This document shows, piece after piece, positions 35,731 through 44,600 of a stretch of 53,769 bases of DNA. The position numbers and the translations under genes are program-made. Source of the stretch: Minisyncoccota bacterium (GTDB lineage Bacteria > Patescibacteriota > Minisyncoccia > UBA6257 > 2-01-FULL-56-20); NCBI GenBank assembly GCA_025449695.1, contig JANWIW010000029.1, positions 1 to 53,769 of the forward strand, given 5' to 3'. Below the pieces are notes generated by a model, which worked only from the letters and a program-made list of their open reading frames with translations, ran no database searches and was not told where the DNA came from. How positions within the stretch are numbered: position 1 is the first letter of the stretch; each line of letters starts with the position of its first letter.

Positions 35731-36633
35731 ATGCTTAACATCATCGGCCATCGCAGGAAGTTCATGGTGCTCTCTATCATCCTCGTGGTCGCGGCGGCGG
35801 CTGCCGTCGGCGTCTTCCGGTTCCGCGAGGGCATCGACTTCAAGGGGGGAGTGAGCTGGACGTTCCGGGCCGATAATCCCGATATGGCCGCCGTCCGCTC
35901 CATGATCGCGGATACGATCGATAACCAGGACGTGCGGGTGACCCAGGACGGCTCCGGCGCGATCATCGTGCGCATGCCTCCTATCGACGAGACCAGGCAC
36001 GCGGAACTCCGCACGATGCTCAGCACGGCCTATGCGGGCTTCGACGAGCTTTCCTACCAATCCATCGGTCCGACCGTCGGCGCCGCAGTCCGCCGCCGGG
36101 CAATCATCGCGCTCATACTGGTCCTGGTCGGCATCTCCCTTTACATCGCCTTCGCCTTTCGCAAGGTGTTCCGTCCCGTAAGCTCCTGGAAGTACGGTTG
36201 GATCACCCTGATCACCCTGGTCCATGATGTCATCATCCCCGCCGGCGTGCTCGCCATCCTCGGCCGTTACCAGGCGATCGAAATCGATACCAACTTCCTG
36301 GTCGCCCTCCTCGTAGTGATGGGTTTTTCCGTACACGACACGATCGTGGTTTTCGACCGCATCCGGGAAAACCTCCTGAAGGAAAGGTCGAAGTATTCGT
36401 TCGAAGAGCTTGTGAACCGCAGCGTGAACCAGACCCTGGGCCGCTCTATAAATACGTCACTGACCCTGATCCTGGTTCTCCTCGCGCTCTACTTTGCCGG
36501 ACCGGCCTCGTTGCACTACTTTATCCTGACCCTGCTCGTGGGCGTGACCACGGGCATCTACTCGTCCATCTTCGTAGCCAGTCCTTTGCTCATCATCTGG
36601 CAGAACTGGTCGGAGAAGGGCAAAAGGAAATAG
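35731..36633 (+). CDS. secF: protein translocase subunit SecF
   Basis: GIDFKGG, IGPTVG, HDV, GFSVHDTIVVFDRIRE, RSINTS, YSSIFVASP. Confidence 0.97.
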   Translation: MLNIIGHRRKFMVLSIILVVAAAAAVGVFRFREGIDFKGGVSWTFRADNPDMAAVRSMIADTIDNQDVRVTQDGSGAIIVRMPPIDETRHAELRTMLSTAYAGFDELSYQSIGPTVGAAVRRRAIIALILVLVGISLYIAFAFRKVFRPVSSWKYGWITLITLVHDVIIPAGVLAILGRYQAIEIDTNFLVALLVVMGFSVHDTIVVFDRIRENLLKERSKYSFEELVNRSVNQTLGRSINTSLTLILVLLALYFAGPASLHYFILTLLVGVTTGIYSSIFVASPLLIIWQNWSEKGKRK

Positions 36634-36770
36634 GGTATAGAGTTTCGATACCCCATACCCGAAACCCTATACCCTGACCCCTAGACCCCTTGTTGAGATA
36701 TCCCCATTGACACCTCACCCCAGATTTGACATATTAATATAAACCATAGTATAATACCGACGTTGAACCA

Positions 36771-37811
36771 ATGAACCAATTTACCCCCAAAACCTTGGAA
36801 AATCTCCTTCAGGGCCTGGCCGACCGGCAGCGCAAGGTAGTCATGGGCCGTTTTGGCCTGGAAAATAAGGGCAAATCAATAAAGCAGACCCTCGAGGCGA
36901 TCGGGAGGTTGTTTAGCATCACCCGCGAGCGGGTACGCCAGATCGAGGCTGCGTCTCTTCGGACCATCGCCGAAAACGTCAAGGAGAACTCCCTGGCCCA
37001 GAACCTGATCCGGGACGCAAAGAAGATATTGAAGGATGCGGGCGGCGTCATGCGCAAAGATGCTCTCATTGATATGCTGTCGAAGGCCTACGAGGGCATC
37101 ACGGAAAACTACATCGCCTTGCTCTTGGCCGCCTCGCATGCGTTCGAGGTCCATCCCGAGGACGACCAGTTCCGGGCGTTTTATTTCGCGGACAAGGAGG
37201 CTCTGAAGAAAGCCGAAGGCTTCATCTCCCAGTGGGTGAAACAGCTTCGTACCAAGAAGACGGCCATCCTGAACGGCACTTACCACGCGGAGTTCAAGGA
37301 CTTCGTGAAAGGCAAGAGCCTGCCCATCGAGCACGCCGAGAACTACATGGCGGTGTCCAAACTGATTCATATGAACTCCTTCAGCGATGTGGGCCTCACG
37401 GAATGGTCGGAAGTCAATCCCAAGACGATCCGCGACCGCATCCACCTCGTTTTGCGCAAGAAGAAGGAACCGGTCCATTTCACCGATATCGCGAAGCTCA
37501 TCAACGAGGCCAGGCTTGACCACCGCACCGCCCTTGCCTCCACCGTCCATAACGAGCTCATCAAGGACCCCCGTTTCGTACTGGTAGGCCGCGGCTTCTA
37601 CGGCCTGGCCGAACATGGCTACGAGCCGGGCACCGCACAGGAAGTGATCTCCCGCATCCTGAAGCGCAACGGCCCGATGAAATCCGGCGAGATCGTGCAG
37701 GCCGTCCAGAAGGAGCGCCTTTTCAAGCACAACACCATCCTGGTGAACCTGCAGAACAAGCAGCTCTTCGAGCGGCAGACCGACGGCACTTACAAGATGC
37801 GCGAGGCTTAA
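36771..37811 (+). CDS. sigma70 region-4-like HTH fused to C-terminal winged-HTH (HARE/RpoE-delta-like) domains
   Basis: RFGL...TLEAIGRLFSITRERVRQIE; HFTDI...TVHNELIKDPRFVLVGRGFYGL; TTGACA-18-TATAAT at 36726-36755. Confidence 0.8.
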   Translation: MNQFTPKTLENLLQGLADRQRKVVMGRFGLENKGKSIKQTLEAIGRLFSITRERVRQIEAASLRTIAENVKENSLAQNLIRDAKKILKDAGGVMRKDALIDMLSKAYEGITENYIALLLAASHAFEVHPEDDQFRAFYFADKEALKKAEGFISQWVKQLRTKKTAILNGTYHAEFKDFVKGKSLPIEHAENYMAVSKLIHMNSFSDVGLTEWSEVNPKTIRDRIHLVLRKKKEPVHFTDIAKLINEARLDHRTALASTVHNELIKDPRFVLVGRGFYGLAEHGYEPGTAQEVISRILKRNGPMKSGEIVQAVQKERLFKHNTILVNLQNKQLFERQTDGTYKMREA

Positions 37812-37836
37812 GCCGAACCGAGGACACGATCTTTTG

Positions 37837-37875
37837 CCCCGCCCCGCACCATATGGTGCGGGGCGGGGTGTTTTT
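37837..37875 (+). terminator. perfect 32-bp palindrome plus T tract
   Basis: CCCCGCCCCGCACCAT/ATGGTGCGGGGCGGGG followed by TGTTTTT. Confidence 0.75.
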
Positions 37876-37914
37876 ACTTGGAAGGAAGGCTGGAAAGTAA
37901 TATAATCAACGGAT

Positions 37915-39276
37915 ATGCTTGAGTTCATCTGGGATTTTTGGAGCCATACCTGGTTCATATGGGTCTTCGCGGTCCTTCTTCCGTTCACCGAGAGTATCTG
38001 GACCGCGTGGCGGCAGAAGCACTTCGAACACAACATAAAATGGGCCATGCTCGAGATGTTAATCCCTCGGGAGATCGTCACGAGCCCCAAGGCCATGGAA
38101 CAAGTGCTCCTCCAACTCCATTCCTTCAAGAACTATCCCGCCAACGTCAAGGAGAAATACTTGCTAGGCGAGGTCACCCGGTGGCACTCCTTCGAGATAG
38201 TAGGCATCGACGGCGAGGTCCATTTCTATATCCGCACGCCTATGGATTACCGCGATATCGTGGAGGCCGCGCTCTTTGCGTACTATCCCGACATCGAGAT
38301 CGAGGAAGCGGAGGATTACATGAAACGGTTTCCCAAGACCATCCAGGCCCTCTACGGCGAGAGCTATCGCATGTGGGGAACGGAACTGCGGCTCGAGAAG
38401 AGCGCGGCCTATCCCATTCGCGATTACACCCAGTTCGAATCTCCGGACGAGAACAAGGAATACGATCCGATCTCCGGCATCATCGAGTTGTTCAGCAAGC
38501 TGAAGGTGGGACAAATGGCTGCGATCCAGATCCTGGTCCAGCCGGCCGCATCCCCCCATGACAAGCACGAGATCGAGGAATATAAGCAGGAGGTGGTGAA
38601 AGTTCGTGAAAGAAAAGGGGAAGCCGCGCATGCGGCCGCTCCCAAGCTGAAACTGAAGTTTCATGGCGGCATCCTGCCTACCCTTGAACCTCCTTCACCG
38701 GAAGAAGAGGCCGGCCTCGGCAGCACCCTCAAGAAGGCCATCATGACCCGCACCCCGGGCGAGACGAACATCCTGGAAGCCATGGAAGAGAGCCTGGCCC
38801 AGCCCATGTTTAACACGATCATCCGCTACATCTACGCATCGCCCTTCGAGTTCTACTCGGAGCACCTTCCCCGCCGCGCTATTTTCGGCGCCTTCAACGC
38901 CTATGGCGCGACCAACATCAATGCCTTCAAGCGCAATAGCAAGACCCAAACCCGCGGCAAGATGTGGGAATGGCCGTTCATTTTTCCGGACATCCGCAAA
39001 GAATACCGCCGCCAGCGTATTTGGTATGATTTTCGCAACCGCGAACTGCCGCCGCACAATACAATCGGCCGCCTGTTTATGTCCTACATCTTCAGCTGGC
39101 ACTTCGGCAGTAAAACGATGCATCTCAGTCCCCGTTCCCTGGCCACGGTGTGGCACCCGCCCACACACGCCATCCTGACCGGGCCGCATATCCGGCGCAT
39201 CGAGAGCAAGAAGATGGGCCCGCCTGCCGGCGTGGAGATTTACGGCGCCGAGGATCAAATAACCAAATTCCAGTAG
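37915..39276 (+). CDS. membrane-anchored protein resembling the domain that accompanies CPR coupling-protein-like ATPases
   Basis: N-terminal TM; SPKAMEQ, SFEI, YPDIEIEEAEDY, YPIRDY, QILVQP, LATVWHPP. Confidence 0.7.
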   Translation: MLEFIWDFWSHTWFIWVFAVLLPFTESIWTAWRQKHFEHNIKWAMLEMLIPREIVTSPKAMEQVLLQLHSFKNYPANVKEKYLLGEVTRWHSFEIVGIDGEVHFYIRTPMDYRDIVEAALFAYYPDIEIEEAEDYMKRFPKTIQALYGESYRMWGTELRLEKSAAYPIRDYTQFESPDENKEYDPISGIIELFSKLKVGQMAAIQILVQPAASPHDKHEIEEYKQEVVKVRERKGEAAHAAAPKLKLKFHGGILPTLEPPSPEEEAGLGSTLKKAIMTRTPGETNILEAMEESLAQPMFNTIIRYIYASPFEFYSEHLPRRAIFGAFNAYGATNINAFKRNSKTQTRGKMWEWPFIFPDIRKEYRRQRIWYDFRNRELPPHNTIGRLFMSYIFSWHFGSKTMHLSPRSLATVWHPPTHAILTGPHIRRIESKKMGPPAGVEIYGAEDQITKFQ

Positions 39277-39288
39277 ATATCCGATCCT

Positions 39289-39891
39289 ATGGCAGAGTTC
39301 CTCGAACCGGTCTGGCCTCTTTATAGTGCCGCGCGCGTGCTCCTCATCGCGCTCAGCATGGCCTTGTTTTTTGCAAGCATTTTTGCCGGAGTGGAACTAT
39401 GGCATTATCGCCCGCGCTTCGTGTATGACCCGCGCAAGCCCGCCCCGGGCCATAAGCGCAAAAAAGCCGCGGGCCCCTCGCCTTGGGAATCCTGGCAAGT
39501 CATTCGCGCCAAGGCGGAAACCGGCACCCAGGAGGGCATCCATATCGCGATCATCGAGGCGGACGGATTTGTGGACAGTGTTCTAAGGCAGCGCCATTAC
39601 AGCGGCGAGACCTTCGCCGACCGCCTGGCCCAGATCAAGCCGCACAGCATGGAAACCCTGGACCGGCTCTGGGACGCCCACCGCATCCGGAACGACATCG
39701 TTCATACGCCTGGCTTCCAGGTGCCCGCGGATACCGCGCGCATTGCCCTCAACAACTATGAGGCCTTCCTGCACGAACTGGGAGCCCTGTCCGCTCCGGC
39801 TAAGTCCGGCATCTACCACGAGGAAAAGAAGGTCGAAGAGAAAGATGACGACGAGGAGAATTCGGAGAGCCTCAAAGAACCCGATTTTTAA
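39289..39891 (+). CDS. membrane-anchored hypothetical protein
   Basis: N-terminal TM; AIIEAD, GETFADRL, AHRIRNDIVH (HEPN-like RxxxxH). Confidence 0.75.
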   Translation: MAEFLEPVWPLYSAARVLLIALSMALFFASIFAGVELWHYRPRFVYDPRKPAPGHKRKKAAGPSPWESWQVIRAKAETGTQEGIHIAIIEADGFVDSVLRQRHYSGETFADRLAQIKPHSMETLDRLWDAHRIRNDIVHTPGFQVPADTARIALNNYEAFLHELGALSAPAKSGIYHEEKKVEEKDDDEENSESLKEPDF

Positions 39892-39911
39892 TCTAACCAG
39901 CAGACCATTCC

Positions 39912-41351
39912 ATGGCCCGATCAAGGATACAGATCATCCAGTATGCCCCGCCCCCGCCGGAACTTCCGGTGTACGGCAAGGACGACCCGAAGGACATTTC
40001 CTATTTCGGCCGCACCAACTACGTGGCGGCGCTGGAGGAAAAGAAGTTCATCTTCGGCATCAAGCGCGTCGACCGCCGCCGGCACCTTTACATCATCGGC
40101 AAATCCGGCGTCGGCAAGACGAAGCTCCTCGAGCTCATGATCCGGCAGGACGTCGCCTACGGCCACGGCCTCTGCCTCATCGACCCGCACGGCGACATCA
40201 TCGAGGCGACCCTGGAGTTCGTTCCGGAAGACCGCATCGAGGACGTGGTACTCATCGACCCCACCGATTTCAAATATCCTTCCTCGTTCAACCCGCTCGC
40301 GAACGTGGATCCCAACTTCAAGCACCAGCTGACCCAGGGCCTCATCGAAGTGCTCGAGAAACAGTTCGGCGCGAACTGGACGCCGCGCCTGGAGCACGTG
40401 TTCCGCTTCACTACGTTGGCCCTCCTCGACTATCCGCATGCCACTATGCGCGGCATGATCTCTATGCTCACCGACAGGAACTACCGCCAGAAGGTGGTGG
40501 AGTACATCACGGACGACATGGTCAAGCGCTTCTGGGCGATCGAGTTCGCGGACTGGTCGGAGAAGTTCGACACCGACGCCATCATCCCGCTTGTCAACAA
40601 GCTCGGCCAGTTCCTGTCCGACCCGATGCTCCGGAATATCTTCGGCCAGAAGGAGAACAAGATCGACCTGGAGAGCCTCATCAACCAGAAGAAGATCATC
40701 CTCATCAACCTCTCCAAAGGCAGGCTGGGCGAGGAGAACTCCAGCTTCTTCGGCGCCATGTTCCTCACGAAGATCAAGCAGGCCGGCATGGCCCGCGCCA
40801 CCATGCCGGAGAAGGACCGCCACGACTTCTACCTCTACGTGGACGAGTTCCAGAACATCGTGACCGAGACCTTCGAGAACATCCTGTCCGAGGCCCGCAA
40901 ATACGGCCTCTGCCTCACCGTGGCCCACCAGTATGTGGGCCAGCTCATCCCGCGCGTGCAGGCGGCCGTGCTCGGGAACGTCGGCTCCATCGTCATCTTC
41001 CGCGTGGGCGGCGAGGACGCGGTCAAGCTGAAGCCGGAGATGGCACCGGTCTTCGAGGTGAAGGATATGATCAACCTTGGCGTCAGGGAGTTCTTCATCA
41101 AGATGACCATCGACGGCGAGTCCTACGATCCGTTCTCGGCGGAAACGCTGAAGATCATGCCCCCGCCGCATCGCTCCTTCAAGGAGGAGATCCTGGCCGC
41201 CTCCCGCCGCAAGTACGCGATTCCAGCCGACTCGGCGAAGAAGCTCATCCAGGAAGAGGAATCCACCATCCTGCGGAGCGCCCAGGAGAAGGCCATCATC
41301 GAGGGCAAGAAGCCCGGCGAGGTGGAAAAGGCTCCGGAACCATTAATCTGA
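39912..41351 (+). CDS. type IV coupling protein-like / HerA-FtsK superfamily ATPase
   Basis: RRRHLYIIGKSGVGKT, IDPHGD, LYVDEFQN, SEARKYGL, AHQY. Confidence 0.9.
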   Translation: MARSRIQIIQYAPPPPELPVYGKDDPKDISYFGRTNYVAALEEKKFIFGIKRVDRRRHLYIIGKSGVGKTKLLELMIRQDVAYGHGLCLIDPHGDIIEATLEFVPEDRIEDVVLIDPTDFKYPSSFNPLANVDPNFKHQLTQGLIEVLEKQFGANWTPRLEHVFRFTTLALLDYPHATMRGMISMLTDRNYRQKVVEYITDDMVKRFWAIEFADWSEKFDTDAIIPLVNKLGQFLSDPMLRNIFGQKENKIDLESLINQKKIILINLSKGRLGEENSSFFGAMFLTKIKQAGMARATMPEKDRHDFYLYVDEFQNIVTETFENILSEARKYGLCLTVAHQYVGQLIPRVQAAVLGNVGSIVIFRVGGEDAVKLKPEMAPVFEVKDMINLGVREFFIKMTIDGESYDPFSAETLKIMPPPHRSFKEEILAASRRKYAIPADSAKKLIQEEESTILRSAQEKAIIEGKKPGEVEKAPEPLI

Positions 41352-41489
41352 GCCGGGCTAGCAACCTTCCTAAAGACATGAAAACGTGCCTTAATATATC
41401 TTATGCAGGCGCTGGCACGGCGTATCAAAAGCTCCTTATCGCAGGGAGGTAGTGCTATGCACGCGGGATCGCGCACGACAGGACCTCTC

Positions 41490-41666
41490 ATGGACAGAAC
41501 GACGATCGAAGAAAAGATGGCTGAGCTTCAGAGCCTGCTCGTCCAATATCGGAGCAGTCTGGGCGGCCTGGAGAAAGATCTCCTCGCGGTTATCAGTGAA
41601 TACCACGCCGCTCTCAAAGAAGAGCGGTTGCGCGAGCTAAAAAAAGACCTTACGCCCGGCTCGTGA
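41490..41666 (+). CDS. small coiled-coil protein (58 aa)
   Basis: MDRTTIEEKMAELQSLL...; stop overlaps the next start (GTGA). Confidence 0.55.
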   Translation: MDRTTIEEKMAELQSLLVQYRSSLGGLEKDLLAVISEYHAALKEERLRELKKDLTPGS

Positions 41667-44600
41667 CGAACGAAACAAAAAAGCCTCTGGATTCCATCGG
41701 CGAAATTCCGGCCGGAACCGTCGAAGGCGCTTCGGAGCGAAAACTCGACGAGCGAACGCTGCAGGAAGCACTAGAGCGTGCCGGTGTGGAAGTGGAGAGC
41801 GAGGGAGCGAGGGTGCTGGATGAAGCCGAGCGCCGCGCCGCGCCGCCGTCCTCGATAGTCCTGGATCCCTCCAAGGTGGAAGCGATCCGCGAAGAAGGCG
41901 GTTTCGGAAGCCGGATTCAGGGGCTCCGGGATATGATTTCCGGTCTCGTTCAAGCGACCAAAGACAAGATCGCGGCGATCGCGAAGAATAGGGAGGAAGG
42001 GAGGCTCATATCGGAGGTCAAATCGCAGAGGGTAGAAAACCCTCAGCGCGTTGCCGAGCTTGGGCGTTATTTGGAACGGCAGGCGGTCGAGAAGCACTCC
42101 GAGACATTCTCCGATCGGGAACAAGGTCAGCAACGAGCCGAAGCGCAAGCCGCCAAGCTGCGCTCGGAGGGTTACTCCGTTTCGGCAATACCGTATGGAG
42201 CAACGAAAGATTATATCGCGACCAAAGAAACGCCATACGTCTTCAGGCCAAAGGAATCCCAGGTCCTGGTACAGCATCTTGCCGATATGGCCGCGGCATC
42301 ACCCAATGCGATACGGGTATTCGAAGCGCTCCAGGGCTTCGGTTTCCGCCTCGAGCTTCAGGGTTTCGGCGCCTCAAGCGGCGCTGTCCTGAACGGTGCC
42401 CAGGGGTTAAAAGAGCTGGTCAGGGAACCGAATGCCGCCGCCTTCCTGGAGCGGTTGAGCGCTTTGGGTCCCGAAACCGTGACGCGCGAGTTCACCGGTC
42501 ACTTGGGAAAGGACGAGACATTTCGGCGGCTCGCCCAGCTTGCGAAGAAAGAGGCAGAACATCCCTTCCTTGCCGAATCCGGACCTGCGTTGGCCCGGGT
42601 CGCGGAAGCCTTCGGCCATCCTTTGGAGCTCAGCAATCTCGAGACCTGGGCGCGCCTCGCGGAAGATGAGGCGGTCTTGGAGATACTGCCAAGCCTCGTG
42701 GACAAATACGGAAAGGCTGTGGGCGAGACCGGCCGTTCCGGCTACGGCCATGAATTGCAGGAAAAGACGATTATCAAAGAAGTCGCGACGCTTAAGGACG
42801 CCAATGTGGCGGGGGAGTTCGCGGCTCTGATCAAGGCCGGTTTTCCGGCGAACGCCCTTGGCTACATGGACGGCAACGCGCATTCGACCGCAACGAGGAA
42901 CATCAAGCGGGCGGTTGAGGCATTTGCGGAAACGCCGGGTTTGCAGGAGCTGATGCGCGGTATGGTGGACGTGTTCGGCATGAGGGATGTTGTAGATTCG
43001 AGAACGCTCGCGCAATGCAAGGAGTTCCTGAATGACGTGCCATCAGCCCCCGCCGCACTGTCGCTCCTTGCGCGACGAGGTATCAAGACCCGTCCTGAAG
43101 ACAATAGATACCTTCTCGAGCCATCTGCGCGTCAGGACATCCGCAAGACGTTTGATGCCATGGCCGAACCGGACTTCGAGGCTTTTATGACCCAGTGCCA
43201 GCAACTCGGCTACAGGTTCGGAGAGGATGACTTTCTCCCGTCTTATCGCAATGATGCCCGGTTCAACGGGGTTGTTCAAAATTATCAGAACGAGGCGTTC
43301 CGATCCGCTCTCGGATCCGAAGAAGGTCAGGCTCTTAGCGCCTACCTCAAGGTGTTCGAGATGCCCTCGCTGCGGTGGTACGGCGAGATCGTAGTGGAGA
43401 TGCTTGCGATCCCGGACGCACTGGCCACCATGCAGAAACTGGAGAAAGCATACGGCTACCGCTACGCCGCGGCGAGCGATCAGATAGGCGAGGCGTATAA
43501 GCTTACCGAGGCCTTGAAGGACCAGGAACTGTGCCGGAAGCTCGTCGACCCGTCCATGGTGCGCATCTTGAGCGGTCAGGCAGGCTTCGACATCAAGTTC
43601 TCCATGCTCGACGCGAAGCGCCAGGTCGCCCTCCTTGAAAAACCTTCGACGAAAGCCGTCCTGGAGGACGCCGAAGCCATAGGTTTCGCGAAGGAAATAT
43701 TGGGATCGAGCACGAGTCTGAAGGATATCATTGGATTGGCGCAATGCGATCCGTCGCTCCGCCCGCTCCTTAGGAGGATGGTCACAGAGTTCCATTATTC
43801 GCCTCTGGTGCTGGATCATGAGGACGAACAGGGAAATCCGAGCTACACCCTTTACGAAGAAGGGACATTGAAGCGCCTGCGCGACGATCCCACTATTCTC
43901 GAGGTTCAAGGCAGGCTGAAACAGGCCGGCTTGGAGAAGAATCCGATGCATTGGGCCCCGGAACTTCGCAAAGCGGCCGATCTGGATCTCGTTGCTCTTT
44001 TTGAGCGCTATGCCGGGTCACCCGGCACTTTGCAGATGATCTGGCAGAACATGGAGGCCATGGCGGAACTGAGGTCCCTCTATCCCGACAAGGTCGAGAC
44101 GTATATGGAGATCTTCCAGAAGGTCGCCGACTCTCCCTCGCAAGAGGTGCAGCGGCTGAAGGACCAGCTCCTCTCCCAGCTCCTCCGGTCAGAACATCCG
44201 GTCGAAGACTATCAGAAGATAGAATCCATTTTCATCAAGAACAATGTTCCTACCGTCGGCAAGGTGTTCAACGTGTTCCAGGTGCTCTACGACTCCGGCC
44301 GCGTGGACCAGATACTGAAGGGCAATACCAGGTTGAGCCCGGTGCTGGAAGCATCAGGTTCCGGCCGCCGTTATTACACGATCTATCAGGACTTGCTGAG
44401 CGTCCACATAGAATCGGGTAACAGGTCGCTCAAAGAATACGTGGAGGTCCTCCAAAGCGGCGGTGACCTCCTGGATCGTTTCGAGCAGGAAGGATTAGCT
44501 TCTCTCGAAGAGAGAGAGCAGGAGCGCCTTCGTTACTTCGTAGGAAAGCTGGAAACGCTTCTGTCCAGGTCCGCGCTCGAGACTGCCGGGGAAGCATTCG

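Noticed and set aside
39912-41351. Conjugative element or ICE
   Set aside because: No integrase, relaxase, VirB genes or att sites in the window.
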